64,000 nt of DNA from an uncultured Gemmatimonadales bacterium (GCA_963809895.1 CAWELD010000010.1:416001-480000), one strand, 5' to 3'. Shown: positions 1 to 11,200, numbered from the stretch's first letter. Program-made: numbers and translations. Notes: generated by a model not told the origin, from the sequence alone.

Positions 1-1857
1 AGCGTGGTCGATCCGCCGGGCGCGGAGGGCGTGGCGAGCTTCACCGCGCAGCTCCTCACCCGCGGCACCTCCACACGCAGCAAGGACGAGCTGGCCGACG
101 CCGTGGACTTCCTGGGAGCCACCCTGAGCGCCTCGGCCTCGGACGACTGGTCCACGGTGTCCCTGGGGGTGGTGACCCCCGAGTTGGACCGGGGACTCGC
201 CCTCATGGCCGACGCCGTGCTGCACCCCTCGTTTCCGGCCGATGAACTGGCCCTTCTGCGGACCCGTACGCTGTCGGCGCTTCAGGTGCAGCTCAGCCAA
301 CCCGATGCCCTGGCGTCACGGGCGTTCACCCGGACGGTCTACGGCGACCATCCCTACGGGCGCCTGGTGACTCCCACGTCGGTCCAGGCGGTGGACCGGG
401 CGGCCGTGGAGACCTATCACGAGGCCTGGTACCGGCCTACGGAGGCGCTCTTCGTGGTGGCGGGCGACGTGGAGGTGGAGGACGTGGCACGCCGCATCGA
501 CGGTGCGTTCGCCGGGTGGGAAGCCGCCCCCCTGCCCGAGCGCCACTACCCGGAGCCGCCGGGGCGCGTCCAGCCGCGGGTCGTGGTGGTGCATCGGCCC
601 GGAGCGGTGCAGTCCGAGGTGCGCGTCGGCGAGCTGCTGCCGGCAGGTCGCTTGCCCGACTGGACCGCGCTCAGCGTCGCCAACCAACTCCTGGGCGGGG
701 GCCCCTCGGGACGGCTCTTCCGGGTGCTCCGCGAGGAGCGGGGGTACACCTACGGAGCCTCCTCCAGCGTGACGCGCCGCCGGGACCGGGGCGTGTTCAC
801 GGCGAGCATGGCCGTGCGCACCGAGGTCACCGGCCAGGCCGTGGGCGCCATGCTGCAGCTCATCCAGGAGCTGGGCACGGATTCCGTGCCGGTCTCCGAG
901 ATCCGGGACACGAAGGACTTTCTGGTGGGCTCGTTTCCGCTCCAGATCGAGACTCCCCAGCAGGTGGCGGCGCAGCTCACCAGTGGCCGGCTCCTGGGTC
1001 TGCCCGACGATGCCCTGGAGACCTACCGGGACCGGGTCGAGGCGCTCGATGGGGCCGCGGTGCGCAGGGCGGCCGCCCGCTACCTCGATCCCCAGCAGCT
1101 TCTGGTGGTGGTGGCGGGCGACGCCACGCGTGTCCGCGACCAGCTCGCCACGCTGGGGCACGTACAGGTGGTGGACGCCGAGGGGGCGCCGCTCACCCTG
1201 GCGGACCTGACACCGCAACGGCGCTCGGAGGTGCTGGACGCCTCGTCGCTGGAGCCGGTCTCCCTGACGTACAACGTGGTGATCCAGGGCAACCTGGTGG
1301 GCACCGCCGAACGCACCCTCACGCGACCGGAGCCCGGCCAGCTCCGCTACGCGAGCCAGGTGAAGGCCGGTCCCCAGTCGGTGTCCCAGGACGTGGTGGT
1401 GAGCGACGCCCTGCAGCTGATCTCCAGCCGCAACGAGATCTCGGTCCAGGGACAGACGCTGAGCATCAGCGCGCACCGTGAGGGCGAACGCCTGACGGGC
1501 ACCGTGTCACTGCCCGGTCAGGGAGAGCAGCCGCTCAGCATGGACGTTCCCGCCGACGTGGTCGTCTCGGACATGGTGGAGCTGGCCCTGTGGGTCGCGG
1601 AGCTGGAGGTGGGCAAGCGCATTCGCCTGCCCATGGCGGTGCTGCAGAGCCAGTCGCTGGAGAACGTGACGTTGGAGGTGAAGGAGCGGACCCAGGTCAC
1701 GGTGCCGGCCGGCACCTTCGACGTCTTCCGCGTCGAGATGAGCGGCGCCGAGGCGCAGACGTTCTGGGTGCGGGCGCAGGCGCCTCACCGCGTGGTGCGT
1801 ATCGAGGCCACGGGACAGCCGGTGGCCCTGGAGCTGGCGGAGGTCGGTGGCGGCTGA
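1..1857 (+). CDS. M16 (insulinase/pitrilysin) family protein, non-catalytic type, with C-terminal DUF3108-like beta domain; 5'-truncated
   Basis: M16-like segments (DPPGAEGVASFTAQLLTRGT, YGDHPYG, SGRLFRVLREERGYTYG). HxxEH is absent at the expected place. The C-terminus contains VTVPAGTFDVFRVE. The frame is open to the window edge. Confidence 0.8.
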   Translation, partial: SVVDPPGAEGVASFTAQLLTRGTSTRSKDELADAVDFLGATLSASASDDWSTVSLGVVTPELDRGLALMADAVLHPSFPADELALLRTRTLSALQVQLSQPDALASRAFTRTVYGDHPYGRLVTPTSVQAVDRAAVETYHEAWYRPTEALFVVAGDVEVEDVARRIDGAFAGWEAAPLPERHYPEPPGRVQPRVVVVHRPGAVQSEVRVGELLPAGRLPDWTALSVANQLLGGGPSGRLFRVLREERGYTYGASSSVTRRRDRGVFTASMAVRTEVTGQAVGAMLQLIQELGTDSVPVSEIRDTKDFLVGSFPLQIETPQQVAAQLTSGRLLGLPDDALETYRDRVEALDGAAVRRAAARYLDPQQLLVVVAGDATRVRDQLATLGHVQVVDAEGAPLTLADLTPQRRSEVLDASSLEPVSLTYNVVIQGNLVGTAERTLTRPEPGQLRYASQVKAGPQSVSQDVVVSDALQLISSRNEISVQGQTLSISAHREGERLTGTVSLPGQGEQPLSMDVPADVVVSDMVELALWVAELEVGKRIRLPMAVLQSQSLENVTLEVKERTQVTVPAGTFDVFRVEMSGAEAQTFWVRAQAPHRVVRIEATGQPVALELAEVGGG

Positions 1858-2887
1858 GGCCTCCGTACCGGCCCGGGGTGCGGCGCCGGCGGTCTCCGTG
1901 CTCCTGCCCGTTCGGGACGGCGCGGAGCACCTGGCGGCGTGCCTGGAATCCCTCCGGAGCCAGACGCTCGAGGACATGGAGATCCTCGCGGTGGACGACG
2001 GCTCCCGCGACGACACCCGGCGCCTGCTCCAGGCGTGGGCGGATGAAGACGCCCGCATTCGCGTGCTGCACCAGGATCCCCGGGGGATCGTGCCCGCCCT
2101 GGAGCGCGCCCGCGCCGAGGCCGCCGCCCCCCTGCTGGCGCGCATGGACGCCGACGACGTGGCGTTGCCCGACCGTCTGGCCCGCCAGGTGGAGGCCATG
2201 TGCGCCAACCCCACCTGGGCCCTGTGTGGAACCGGGGTGCGTTACGTGCCCCGGGAGCTGGTGCGCGGGGGGGCCCGGAGATACGAGGCGTGGCTCAACG
2301 GCCTGCGCACGCCCGCAGCGCTGGAGAGGGACCTGTTCGTCGAGTGTCCTCTCGCCCATCCCACCTTCCTCATGCGGGCCGAGGCGGTTCGCGCGGTGGG
2401 TGGCTATCGCGACGAAGGCTGGCCCGAGGACTACGACCTGGTCCTGCGCCTGTGGTCGGCCGGCGCTCGCCTGGGAACGGTGCCGGAGGTTCTGCTGCAC
2501 TGGCGCGAGAGCGGCGATCGCCTCTCCAGAATCGACCCCCGCTACTCGCCCGAGGCCTTCCGCCGCTGCAAGGTGTACCATCTACGCCGGACCCTCCTGA
2601 CGGGACGGGACGGCGCCCTGGTGTGGGGCGCCGGACCCACCGGAAAGGCCTTCGCCCGCACGCTGACCCGGGCCGGCGTGGAGGTACGCGCCTTCGTGGA
2701 CCTGGACCCCCGCAAACTCGGACAGACGATTCACGGGGCGCCGGTGGTGCCCCCGAACGAGATCGACGCCTTCCGCGGCGCGTTGGCTCTGGCGGCCGTC
2801 GGCCAGGCCGGCGCCCGGGCCGAGATCCGGGCCGCCCTCGATGCCGCGGGGTGGCGTGAGGGGGTGGACTACGTGGCGGTGGCCTGA
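1847..2887 (+). CDS. Glycosyltransferase family 2 with C-terminal Rossmann-like domain (B3GNTL1/QTGAL-like architecture)
   Basis: VSVLLPVRD, VDDGSRD, ARMDADD (DxD) and WPEDYD motifs; C-terminal VWGAGPTGK...AFVDLDPRK. Confidence 0.88.
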   Translation: MAAEASVPARGAAPAVSVLLPVRDGAEHLAACLESLRSQTLEDMEILAVDDGSRDDTRRLLQAWADEDARIRVLHQDPRGIVPALERARAEAAAPLLARMDADDVALPDRLARQVEAMCANPTWALCGTGVRYVPRELVRGGARRYEAWLNGLRTPAALERDLFVECPLAHPTFLMRAEAVRAVGGYRDEGWPEDYDLVLRLWSAGARLGTVPEVLLHWRESGDRLSRIDPRYSPEAFRRCKVYHLRRTLLTGRDGALVWGAGPTGKAFARTLTRAGVEVRAFVDLDPRKLGQTIHGAPVVPPNEIDAFRGALALAAVGQAGARAEIRAALDAAGWREGVDYVAVA

Positions 2888-2994
2888 TTCAGCGATGTTC
2901 CTCGAGGTGCCACCATTGCTAACATTGGCCGCGCCGGACCTGTCATCCGGATGAGGCCCTCCCGGTCGCATCGGCGACCCGCAAGCGACAGGAC

Positions 2995-5022
2995 ATGGAC
3001 CAGAAGACACCTCAGTCGGGCCTGAGCCAGTTCCTCTCCGAGCTCAAGCGTCGCCACGTGGGACGGGTGGCGATCGCGTACGCCGCGGTGGTCTTCGTGC
3101 TGCTGCAGGCGGCGGAGATCATCCTGCCGGCATTCTGGAGCTCCCGGCAGTCGGAGGCAGGGCTTCGCATCATCGTGGTGGCCTTCGTGCTGCTCCTGCC
3201 GGTGGTGCTGGCACTGGCCTGGGTGTACGAGATCACGCCGCAGGGGGTGCGGTCCATGGCGGCGCTGGACGCCGAGCACGGGCGGTCCGACGCCGGCGGC
3301 CGCCTGATGCCGCGGGTGGCGTTCCTGGTGGTCACGATCCTGGCGGCCATGGGCGCCGGGCTGTGGTGGTTCCGCACCGATCAGGCGACGGTGACGGAGC
3401 TGGAGGGGCGCCGCCGTCAGCAGCCGACCCCGACCTTCATGGCGGCGAGCACCACCGATCCGTCGGGGCCCATCCGCTCGCTGGCCGTGCTTCCGCTGGA
3501 GAACTTCAGCCCCGACTCCGAGGGCTCGCAGGACTACTTCGTCGCGGGCATGCAGGAGGCGCTGATCTCGCAGTTGAGCCAGATCACCGCGTTCCGCGTC
3601 ATCTCGCGCACCACCGTGCTCCAGTACGATGCCACCGGAAAGTCGATTCCCCAGATCGGGCAGGATCTGGGCGTGGACGCGGTGGTGGAGGGGTCGGTGC
3701 TCCGGGCCGACGGCCGGGTGCGCATCACCGTGCAGCTCGTCCACGCCCCCTCGGACACCCACATCTGGGCCCGGGACTACGAGCGGGACTTCGGCGACGT
3801 CATCGCCCTGCAGCGTGAGGTGGCCCAGGCCATCGCGAACGAGATCCAGACCCGCCTCGAAGAGCGGCAGGCCGCCGGTGAGGACCAGGCCGCCGCGGAC
3901 CACGTGGCGGCCGCCCAGCCCGAGGCGCCCCCCACCACGGCCGGCAAGGAAGCGACCCTCACCGCCGCTCCTCCGGCCCCGGCGGCCCCCGAGGTCCAGG
4001 ACGCCTTCCTGCGCGGCCGCTTCGCCCTCACCCAGGGGTCTCCCGAGGCGGTGGAGGAGGCGCAGCGGCGCTTCGGCGAGGCCCTGAGCCTCGACTCCAC
4101 CTTCACGCCGGCCCTGGTGGGGTTGGCGGGCACCTGGCTGGTGGAGGGCGTCGCCGGTGATTCCGTCTCGCTGCCCCGCCTCATCGAAGCACGCAGGCTG
4201 GCCCAGCGGGCCCTGGAGCAGGACCCCACCAGCACCGAGGCCGAAGAGGTGATGACCAGCGTGTCGCAGGCGCTGGCGGACTACGGACAGCGGGTGGCGG
4301 AGCAGGCTGCGGCCCAGACGTCTCGCATCCGCGTGCAGACGCTGGCGGGTGACTCGGTCATGATCGTCACCCCGGACGACTCCATGCGCATCTCCCGCAC
4401 ACGCTTCGCGCCGGTGGCCACGGAATTCGGCGGGCTCCTGCAGACCGCGCTGGCTCGCCGGGATTCGGCCCAGGACGGGGCCGAGTCCTCGCTGCGCGGA
4501 CTCCGCAGACTCGAGGCCGCGGGACACTTCCACGACGCGCGGCGACGCGCCGAGGAGGCGGTGGCCCGGTTCCCGGAGAACGAGGAGCTCATGGACGAGT
4601 TGGAGCGCATCCAGGCGCTGACGGGCCAACTCGATGCGGCACTCGCCACCCGTCGCATGCGGCAAGCGCGCTTCGGCCCGGGCGCGGGCCCCGATGCCGA
4701 CGACCTGGCGGACGCCGTGGACGCGGACGGAGCCGCCGGCTACTGGTCGTGGCGTCTCCGGGATCTCCGTGCGAGAGCCGACGCCGGCGAGACGGTCTCA
4801 CCGGTCTGGGAGGGGGAGGCGCTGGCGTCTCTCGGGCGCAACGACGAGGCGCTGGCGGCCCTGGAGCGGGCCCGGGCAGCCCGCGATCCCCACCTCTTCA
4901 CCCTGCGGGCGAATCCAGTGTGGGATTCCCTGCGCTCGGACCCCCGCTTCCAGAGCTTCCTGGGCTCGTTGCGTCCCGACCGTTCGACCTCCGGCCGACA
5001 GGGGCCTCGCGGAGGGCTGTGA
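2995..5022 (+). CDS. Membrane-anchored TolB-like/FlgO-type domain and TPR-repeat protein, no evident catalytic domain
   Basis: N-terminal ELKRRHVGRVAIAY followed by 3 hydrophobic helices; SLAVLPLENFS...VISRT...LGVDAVVEGSV...VRITVQL; TPR-like helices; C-terminal PVWDSLRSDPRF. Confidence 0.8.
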   Translation: MDQKTPQSGLSQFLSELKRRHVGRVAIAYAAVVFVLLQAAEIILPAFWSSRQSEAGLRIIVVAFVLLLPVVLALAWVYEITPQGVRSMAALDAEHGRSDAGGRLMPRVAFLVVTILAAMGAGLWWFRTDQATVTELEGRRRQQPTPTFMAASTTDPSGPIRSLAVLPLENFSPDSEGSQDYFVAGMQEALISQLSQITAFRVISRTTVLQYDATGKSIPQIGQDLGVDAVVEGSVLRADGRVRITVQLVHAPSDTHIWARDYERDFGDVIALQREVAQAIANEIQTRLEERQAAGEDQAAADHVAAAQPEAPPTTAGKEATLTAAPPAPAAPEVQDAFLRGRFALTQGSPEAVEEAQRRFGEALSLDSTFTPALVGLAGTWLVEGVAGDSVSLPRLIEARRLAQRALEQDPTSTEAEEVMTSVSQALADYGQRVAEQAAAQTSRIRVQTLAGDSVMIVTPDDSMRISRTRFAPVATEFGGLLQTALARRDSAQDGAESSLRGLRRLEAAGHFHDARRRAEEAVARFPENEELMDELERIQALTGQLDAALATRRMRQARFGPGAGPDADDLADAVDADGAAGYWSWRLRDLRARADAGETVSPVWEGEALASLGRNDEALAALERARAARDPHLFTLRANPVWDSLRSDPRFQSFLGSLRPDRSTSGRQGPRGGL

Positions 5023-5084
5023 GACCGGCTTCGGGCGCCTTCGCCGAAGCCCTCAAATCCCGAAAAACAACGCTGCTCCACGGC

Positions 5085-5114
5085 TTGCTCCGAGGGGCTG
5101 AGGTGCGTTATTTT
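5085..5114 (+). promoter_or_regulatory. Candidate sigma70 promoter upstream of gyrA
   Basis: TTGCTC-N18-TATTTT in a locally AT-rich patch about 150 bp before the gyrA ATG. Confidence 0.3.
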
Positions 5115-5267
5115 TCAATGATTTCTGGCCTCCCTCCCCGGGGCCGTCCGGGGGGGATGCTTTCCGATGTTTTCGAGGCGTCGGAAGGGCGGGGGCCGCC
5201 CACCCCTCCATAACGTCGGCGCACCGGGTTTTCGAGCCTTGCGCGCGGGCGTGCGAAAGGCTTCGGT

Positions 5268-7880
5268 ATGGCCGACGATCAGGATATCCTGAACGAGCGA
5301 GACGAGGACGGAGGAGGAGGACCGCGGGTCCTCCTCCGTCTCCTGGAAGACGAGATGCGCGAGTCGTTCATCGACTACTCGATGAGCGTCATCGTACAGA
5401 GGGCCCTCCCCGACGTCAGGGACGGCCTCAAGCCCGTGCACCGGCGTATCCTCTTCGCCATGCACGAGATCGGCCTGTCGCCGGGCCGTGCGTACAAGAA
5501 GAGCGCCACCGTGGTGGGTGACGTGCTGGGCAAGTACCACCCCCACGGTGACTCGGCGGTCTACGACTCCATGGTGCGCATGGTGCAGGACTTCTCGTTG
5601 CGCTACCCGCTGGTGGACGGCCAGGGCAACTTCGGCTCCATCGACGGGGACTCCGCGGCGGCGTACCGGTACACCGAAGCCCGCCTGACCTCGCTGGCCA
5701 CCGAGCTCCTCGAGGACATCGACAAGGAGACGGTCGACTTCGTTCCCAACTTCGACGGTCAGCGCAACGAGCCCACCGTGCTGCCGGCGAAGGCGCCCAA
5801 CCTCCTCATCAACGGGAGCAGCGGCATCGCGGTGGGGATGGCCACCAACATCCCTCCGCACAACCTGCGCGAGGTCGTGAACGCGTGCATCGCCCTGATC
5901 GCGGATCCCCAGCTTCCGCAGGAGGAGCTGGAGGTCCTGGTGAAGGGACCCGACTTCCCGACCGGCGCCTACATCTGCGGACGGGACGGCATCCTCGACG
6001 CCTACCGCACCGGGCGGGGTCGGATCGTCATGCGTGCCCGTACCGACGTGGAAGAGGACCCACGCGGGGGCGAGCGCATCGTGGTGACCGAGCTCCCCTT
6101 CCAGGTCAACAAGTCGCGGCTGGTCGAGCAGATCGCCCAGCTCGTGCGGGACAAGAAGATCTCAGAGATCCGGGATCTGCGCGACGAGTCCGACCGCCAG
6201 GGCATGCGGGTCGTGGTGGAGCTCAAGCGCGACGCCATCCCCCACATCGTGCTGAACAAGCTGTTCAAGCACACGCAGATGCAGTCCACCTTCGGGACCA
6301 TTCTGCTCGCGCTTGTCGACGGCGTGCCGAAGGTCATGGGGCTCCGTGAGATCCTCCTGCATTTCCTGGAGCACCGCCACGAAGTGGTGGTCCGCCGCAG
6401 CGAATACGAGCTCGGCAAGGCCAAGGATCGGGAGCACATCCTCGAGGGCCTGAAGATCGCCGTCGACAACATCGACGAGGTCATCAAGCTCATCCGGGCC
6501 TCCCGCGACACCGACGAGGCATCGCAGGGACTGCAGGAGACCTTCGGGCTCTCGGAGCGCCAGGCCAAGGCGATCCTGGACATGCGCCTGGCTCGCCTCA
6601 CCGGCCTCGAGATGGAGAAGCTGGAGGAGGAGCTGGCGCAGGTGCGGGCCACCATCGCCGAGTTGGAGTCGATCCTGGCTTCGCGCGAGAAGCGCATGGA
6701 GATCATCGCCGACGAGCTTCGGGGCCTGGTCGACAAGCACGGTGACGAGCGTCGCTCGGAAATCATCGGGTCCACCGGCGACTTCAACATGGAGGACCTC
6801 ATCCCCGACGACGACATGGTCCTGACCGTGTCGCACCAGGGCTACGTGAAGCGTCTGGGCGTGGACACCTACCGGTCCCAACGTCGGGGCGGCCGCGGGC
6901 TCCAGGGGATGAACACCAAGGACGAGGACTGGGTCGAGCATCTGTTCGTGGCATCGGCCCACGACACCCTCATGATCTTCACGCGCCGCGGCCAGTGCTA
7001 CTGGCTCAAGGTGTGGCAGATCCCGGAGGGCAGCCGCCACGCCCGCGGCAAGCCCATCGTGAACCTGGTGACCATGGAGGGCGACGAGGAGATCGCCGCC
7101 GTGGTGCCGGTGCGTGAGTTCGCCGACGACCGCTACCTCATGTTCGCCACCCGCAACGGAGTGGTGAAGAAGACGGCGCTGTCGGCGTATTCGAACATCC
7201 GCTCGGTGGGCCTCAACGCCATCAACATCCGCGAAGGCGACTACCTCATCGACGTGCAGATCACCGACGGTGACCACGAGATCATTCTGGCGACCCGCCG
7301 CGGCATGGCCATCCGCTTCAACGAAGACGATGCCCGCGCCATGGGGCGGGCCACCGAGGGGGTGAGGGGGATTCGCCTCAAGGGTGACGACGTCGTCGTC
7401 GGAATGGTGGTGGTCCGCGAGGGCGCGAACCTCCTGGTGGTCACCGAGAAGGGCATGGGCAAGCGCACCGACGTCGACGCCTACCGGCTCCAGGGTCGTG
7501 GCGGGCAGGGGGTCATCAATATCAAGACCTCCGAAAAGACCGGACGCGTCGTGTCCATCAAGGGTGTGACCGATGAGGAGCAGCTCATGTTCATCACCCG
7601 CAACGGCGTGGTGAACCGACAGAGCGTGGCCGAGATCCGCACCATCGGCCGGGCCACGCAGGGCGTGCGCCTGGTCAACCTCGACGAGGGCGACACGGTG
7701 ATGGACGTGGCCCGCGTCGTCCTGGACGACGAAGACGAAGAGGAGATGGAAGGCGAAGACGGCGCCGTGGCGGAGGTGGACGGCGATCTGCCGGTGGAGT
7801 CGGGTGAGGCCGAGGACGCCGACGACGAGGGCGCCGACGACGAGGCTCCGGAGGACCCGGAGGAGGCACCGGAAGCGTGA
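5268..7880 (+). CDS. gyrA: DNA gyrase subunit A
   Basis: [27 protein letters not shown], catalytic AAAYRYTE, GyrA-box QRRGGRG, beta-pinwheel repeats, acidic tail. Confidence 0.97.
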   Translation: MADDQDILNERDEDGGGGPRVLLRLLEDEMRESFIDYSMSVIVQRALPDVRDGLKPVHRRILFAMHEIGLSPGRAYKKSATVVGDVLGKYHPHGDSAVYDSMVRMVQDFSLRYPLVDGQGNFGSIDGDSAAAYRYTEARLTSLATELLEDIDKETVDFVPNFDGQRNEPTVLPAKAPNLLINGSSGIAVGMATNIPPHNLREVVNACIALIADPQLPQEELEVLVKGPDFPTGAYICGRDGILDAYRTGRGRIVMRARTDVEEDPRGGERIVVTELPFQVNKSRLVEQIAQLVRDKKISEIRDLRDESDRQGMRVVVELKRDAIPHIVLNKLFKHTQMQSTFGTILLALVDGVPKVMGLREILLHFLEHRHEVVVRRSEYELGKAKDREHILEGLKIAVDNIDEVIKLIRASRDTDEASQGLQETFGLSERQAKAILDMRLARLTGLEMEKLEEELAQVRATIAELESILASREKRMEIIADELRGLVDKHGDERRSEIIGSTGDFNMEDLIPDDDMVLTVSHQGYVKRLGVDTYRSQRRGGRGLQGMNTKDEDWVEHLFVASAHDTLMIFTRRGQCYWLKVWQIPEGSRHARGKPIVNLVTMEGDEEIAAVVPVREFADDRYLMFATRNGVVKKTALSAYSNIRSVGLNAINIREGDYLIDVQITDGDHEIILATRRGMAIRFNEDDARAMGRATEGVRGIRLKGDDVVVGMVVVREGANLLVVTEKGMGKRTDVDAYRLQGRGGQGVINIKTSEKTGRVVSIKGVTDEEQLMFITRNGVVNRQSVAEIRTIGRATQGVRLVNLDEGDTVMDVARVVLDDEDEEEMEGEDGAVAEVDGDLPVESGEAEDADDEGADDEAPEDPEEAPEA

Positions 7881-8866
7881 CCGGAGAGCGGGACTCCGCC
7901 GCCGGCGACGCCGGCCTCGTCACACTGAACGACGTGCGGGAGGCGGCATCACTGCTGCGTGACGTGGTGGTGCGCACGCCGCTGCTTCCGTCTCCCGAGC
8001 TGGCCGACGTCTCGGGGGCTGCCGAGGTACGCCTCAAGTGCGAGAATCTCCAGCGCGTCGGGGCCTTCAAAGCCCGCGGGGCCTACAATTACGTGGCCCG
8101 TCTGCCCGACGATGTCGCGGACGCCGGGGTCATCACCTATTCCTCGGGCAACCACGGGCAGGCCGTCGCCCTCGCGGCGAAGCTCCGGGGTGTACGAGCG
8201 GTGGTGGTCATGCCCACGACCGCCCCCAGGGTGAAGGTCGAGGGGGCGCGGCGCCTGGGCGCCGAGGTGATCTTCGAGGGAACGACCTCGCTGGAGCGGA
8301 AGCGCCGGGCCGAGGACATCGCGACCGCCCAAGGGCTCGCCGTGGTGCCCCCGTTCGACGACCCGCGCATCATCGCCGGACAGGGAACGGTCGGTCTCGA
8401 GATCGTCGAGGACTGGCCCGAGGTCGACGCCGTGCTGGTGCCCGTGGGCGGTGGGGGGCTGGCGTCGGGCGTGGCCGTGGCCGTCCGGGCCCTGCGACCC
8501 GATGCGCTGATCTACGGCGTGGAGCCCGTGGGGGGGGCCTCCATGAAGGCGGCGCTGGAGGCCGGGGCCCCGGTGACGCTGGAGTCCATCTCTTCCATCG
8601 CCGACGGGCTGCTGCCCGTGCGCACGGGCGATCTCACCTGGCGGCACTTCTCGCGGCTGGCGGACGGGGTCCTGCTGGTCGAAGACGACGAGATCCGCGA
8701 GGCGGCGGGGTTCCTGCTGAAACGGCACCACCTGGTGGTGGAATACTCGGGGGCGGCCACCACCGCTGCGCTGCGGCGGGCCCCCGAGTCGCTCCGCGGT
8801 CGTCGCGTGGCGGTGATCCTCAGCGGCGGCAACCTGGACCCGTCACTGCTCGCCGAGCTCACCTGA
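7877..8866 (+). CDS. PLP-dependent threonine/serine dehydratase (catabolic type, no ACT domain)
   Basis: [39 protein letters not shown] start overlaps the gyrA stop (GTGA). Confidence 0.9.
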   Translation: MTGERDSAAGDAGLVTLNDVREAASLLRDVVVRTPLLPSPELADVSGAAEVRLKCENLQRVGAFKARGAYNYVARLPDDVADAGVITYSSGNHGQAVALAAKLRGVRAVVVMPTTAPRVKVEGARRLGAEVIFEGTTSLERKRRAEDIATAQGLAVVPPFDDPRIIAGQGTVGLEIVEDWPEVDAVLVPVGGGGLASGVAVAVRALRPDALIYGVEPVGGASMKAALEAGAPVTLESISSIADGLLPVRTGDLTWRHFSRLADGVLLVEDDEIREAAGFLLKRHHLVVEYSGAATTAALRRAPESLRGRRVAVILSGGNLDPSLLAELT

Positions 8867-9640
8867 AGCTCCCTCCGGCTCGCCCGCCGCGGGGCCCGTC
8901 TCGGAGGTCTCCCGAACCGGGGTGCGGGCCCAGCGCGTCATGAGCCAGCGGACGCCGAAGGTGTCCAGGATCCCCACCCAGAGCCGGTTGTGAACCCCGT
9001 ACTTGGTATGGCCGTGTTGCCGTGGTCGGTGGCCCACCGGCACTTCGGCGACCCTGGCGCCGTTCAGCCGCAGCAGCGTCGGCAGAAATCGGTGCATGCC
9101 CCGGAAGGGTGGCAAGGGATCCGCGAAGCGCCGGCGGAAGACCCTCAGGGAGCACCCCACGTCGCTGACGGTCTCACGCGTGAGCCAGTTGCGGTAGGCG
9201 TTGGCGATGCGCGACGACGCCTTGCGCACGAAGCTGTCGTGACGGCGGGCGCGCACCCCGTTCACCAGGTCCACGTCGCGGGTGTCGAGCTCGTGCAGGA
9301 GCACGGGCAGGTCCGCAGGATCGTTCTGGAGGTCGGCGTCGAGGGTTCCGATGAGCTCGCCCCGCGCCGACCGGAATCCCGCCAACAGGGCCGCCGATTG
9401 ACCCTGGTTGCCGTCCATGGAGACGTAGCGATGGCCGGGGCGCGCGGCGCTCAGCTCCCGCAGCACCTCCAGGGATCCGTCGCCACTGCCGTCGTCCACC
9501 CAGATGGCTTCCCACCCCCCTTCCACGTTCGCCAGCGCCGCGTCGAGCTCGTCCGCCAGAACAGGCACGGATTCGCGCTCGTCCTTGACGGGGATCACGA
9601 CGGAAAGACGGGGCGGCTGCCCCGGAGTTCGGGACGTCAT
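8843..9640 (-). CDS. GT2 glycosyltransferase, DPM1/ArnC-like (polyprenol-phosphate sugar transferase)
   Basis: LSVVIPVKDE, VDDGSGD, TLDADLQNDPAD, GMHRFLP, HRPRQHGHTKYG. Confidence 0.88.
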   Translation of the reverse strand: MTSRTPGQPPRLSVVIPVKDERESVPVLADELDAALANVEGGWEAIWVDDGSGDGSLEVLRELSAARPGHRYVSMDGNQGQSAALLAGFRSARGELIGTLDADLQNDPADLPVLLHELDTRDVDLVNGVRARRHDSFVRKASSRIANAYRNWLTRETVSDVGCSLRVFRRRFADPLPPFRGMHRFLPTLLRLNGARVAEVPVGHRPRQHGHTKYGVHNRLWVGILDTFGVRWLMTRWARTPVRETSETGPAAGEPEGASGELGEQ

Positions 9641-9791
9641 GGATGTGGTCGTTCGGGGAATGGCCGGGACCGCAAAAGGTAACCGAACCGCGGACAGGTC
9701 GCAGGCCCAGCTTGTTCCGGCGCCGGGGCGTTATCTAGCTTTCTTCAGTCCACTCTCGTCCGCACCATTGCCGCATGAGCCTCACCACCCG

Positions 9792-11192
9792 ATGAAGAAG
9801 CGGGCACCACCCTCGGCCTCGAGCCGGAGGCCGCGGCTCCGCAAGGGACTCCGGCTCGCCGGCCGCGCCCTTCTGGTCGCGGTGCTCGTGTATGCGGTCG
9901 CTGGATTCGTGTCCTTGCGCCTCTCCCGCTCGCCCTATGTGCTGGAGGAGCCTCCCCGGCTGGCGGTGCCGGCCCAGGCCGCGGCTTCCGGCGCCGGGGG
10001 ATTGCTGCCCGGTGTCGAGGTGCTGGGGGCTGTTTCCGTCCACACGGGCCGCTCTCACGACGCGGTGGGCACCCTCGCAGAGGTGGCCGCGGCCGCGGAG
10101 CGAACGGGTCTGGATTTCGTGCTCATGGGCGATCACCCGGACCCGTGGATGGACGCGGGTCCGGCTTCGCTGGCGCCGGTGCGCGAGGACGGGGTGCTGC
10201 TGGTGAGCGGCGTGGAGTTGGTGATCCAGGATGTGGGCCGCGTGCTGATCACGGATCTCGACACGCTCCCCCGCCGCTGGGACGGCGACGTGGAGTCGCT
10301 CCTGAGGCGCGCCCGCGCCGACGACAGCTTCGTTTCCATCGTGCATCCCCGGAGTCCCCGGACCCGTGAGAGCTGGAAGGCGCCCCGGCCCCTGGACATG
10401 CCCACCTGGGAGGCCTTCGACGTGTCGGAGATGGCCCGCCTGCGCCAGAGCGAGAAGTGGGTGGGCTATCACGTCGCCTCGCTCCTCGCCGGGTGGATCA
10501 CGGGGCGCGGCGAGGGCAACCTGGTACGCCTGGACCGCGAGGGCTTCTCGTCGCCGGCCATCCTGGCCTACGACTCCGCGCGAGCGCTGGGACCGTTGTC
10601 ACTCACCGGCGGCGTCAATCACCATCCCAAGGCACGCTGGTTCGGCCACCTCCTTCCACCGTACGATCCGTTCTTCGAGGCTGTGGTGAACCACGTGCTC
10701 GTGGAGCGCCCGCTGTCCGACGACCCCGTGGCGGCGTGGGCGCAGGTGCGGCACGCCCTGGCGCGTGGCAGGAACTTCGTCACCCTGGGCCGGGCCCACG
10801 CGGCGGCGGGGTTCGACGTGGCCGGGATCAGGCCGGGAGCCGCGCCCACGGCCATGGGTGGGGTGGCGCGCTGGAGCCCCGGGGCGGAGCTCACCGTGCG
10901 CATGCCTCGCGACCTCGACGGGGGGCTCCTGCTCCGTGTGCTGCGCAACGGACGTGAGCTCGGATGGGTGCGGGCGCGTGCGGGCCAGACCTTGCGGTGG
11001 CCCTGCCCCCGCCCGGGGGTCTACCGGGTCGAGGTGTATCGGGCCGGTCTTTCGCTGGGGCGCTGGCGTTGGAATCTGCGGCCCTGGATCCTCGCGAACC
11101 CGGTGGAATTCACCGCCGACGGGCCCGCCTTTCAGACGAAGGCGAGCACCGCGTCCGAACCCGCTGCATCTTCGGCGGGCGACGCGGGGTAG
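9792..11192 (+). CDS. PHP-like metallohydrolase (CehA/McbA-like) with N-terminal membrane anchor and C-terminal Ig-like extension
   Basis: VHTGRSHDA, MGDH, SGVE, IVHP and GGVNHH are partly degenerate PHP motifs; ends GVYRVEV...PWILANPV. ATG 9792 chosen before the hydrophobic segment. Confidence 0.6.
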   Translation: MKKRAPPSASSRRPRLRKGLRLAGRALLVAVLVYAVAGFVSLRLSRSPYVLEEPPRLAVPAQAAASGAGGLLPGVEVLGAVSVHTGRSHDAVGTLAEVAAAAERTGLDFVLMGDHPDPWMDAGPASLAPVREDGVLLVSGVELVIQDVGRVLITDLDTLPRRWDGDVESLLRRARADDSFVSIVHPRSPRTRESWKAPRPLDMPTWEAFDVSEMARLRQSEKWVGYHVASLLAGWITGRGEGNLVRLDREGFSSPAILAYDSARALGPLSLTGGVNHHPKARWFGHLLPPYDPFFEAVVNHVLVERPLSDDPVAAWAQVRHALARGRNFVTLGRAHAAAGFDVAGIRPGAAPTAMGGVARWSPGAELTVRMPRDLDGGLLLRVLRNGRELGWVRARAGQTLRWPCPRPGVYRVEVYRAGLSLGRWRWNLRPWILANPVEFTADGPAFQTKASTASEPAASSAGDAG

Positions 11193-11200
11193 AGCGGGGC

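Noticed and set aside
5268..7880. parC, or a quinolone-resistant gyrA allele
   Set aside because: The GyrA-box is present, and the Ser83/Asp87-equivalent residues (GDSAVYD) are wild-type; separation from gyrB is common
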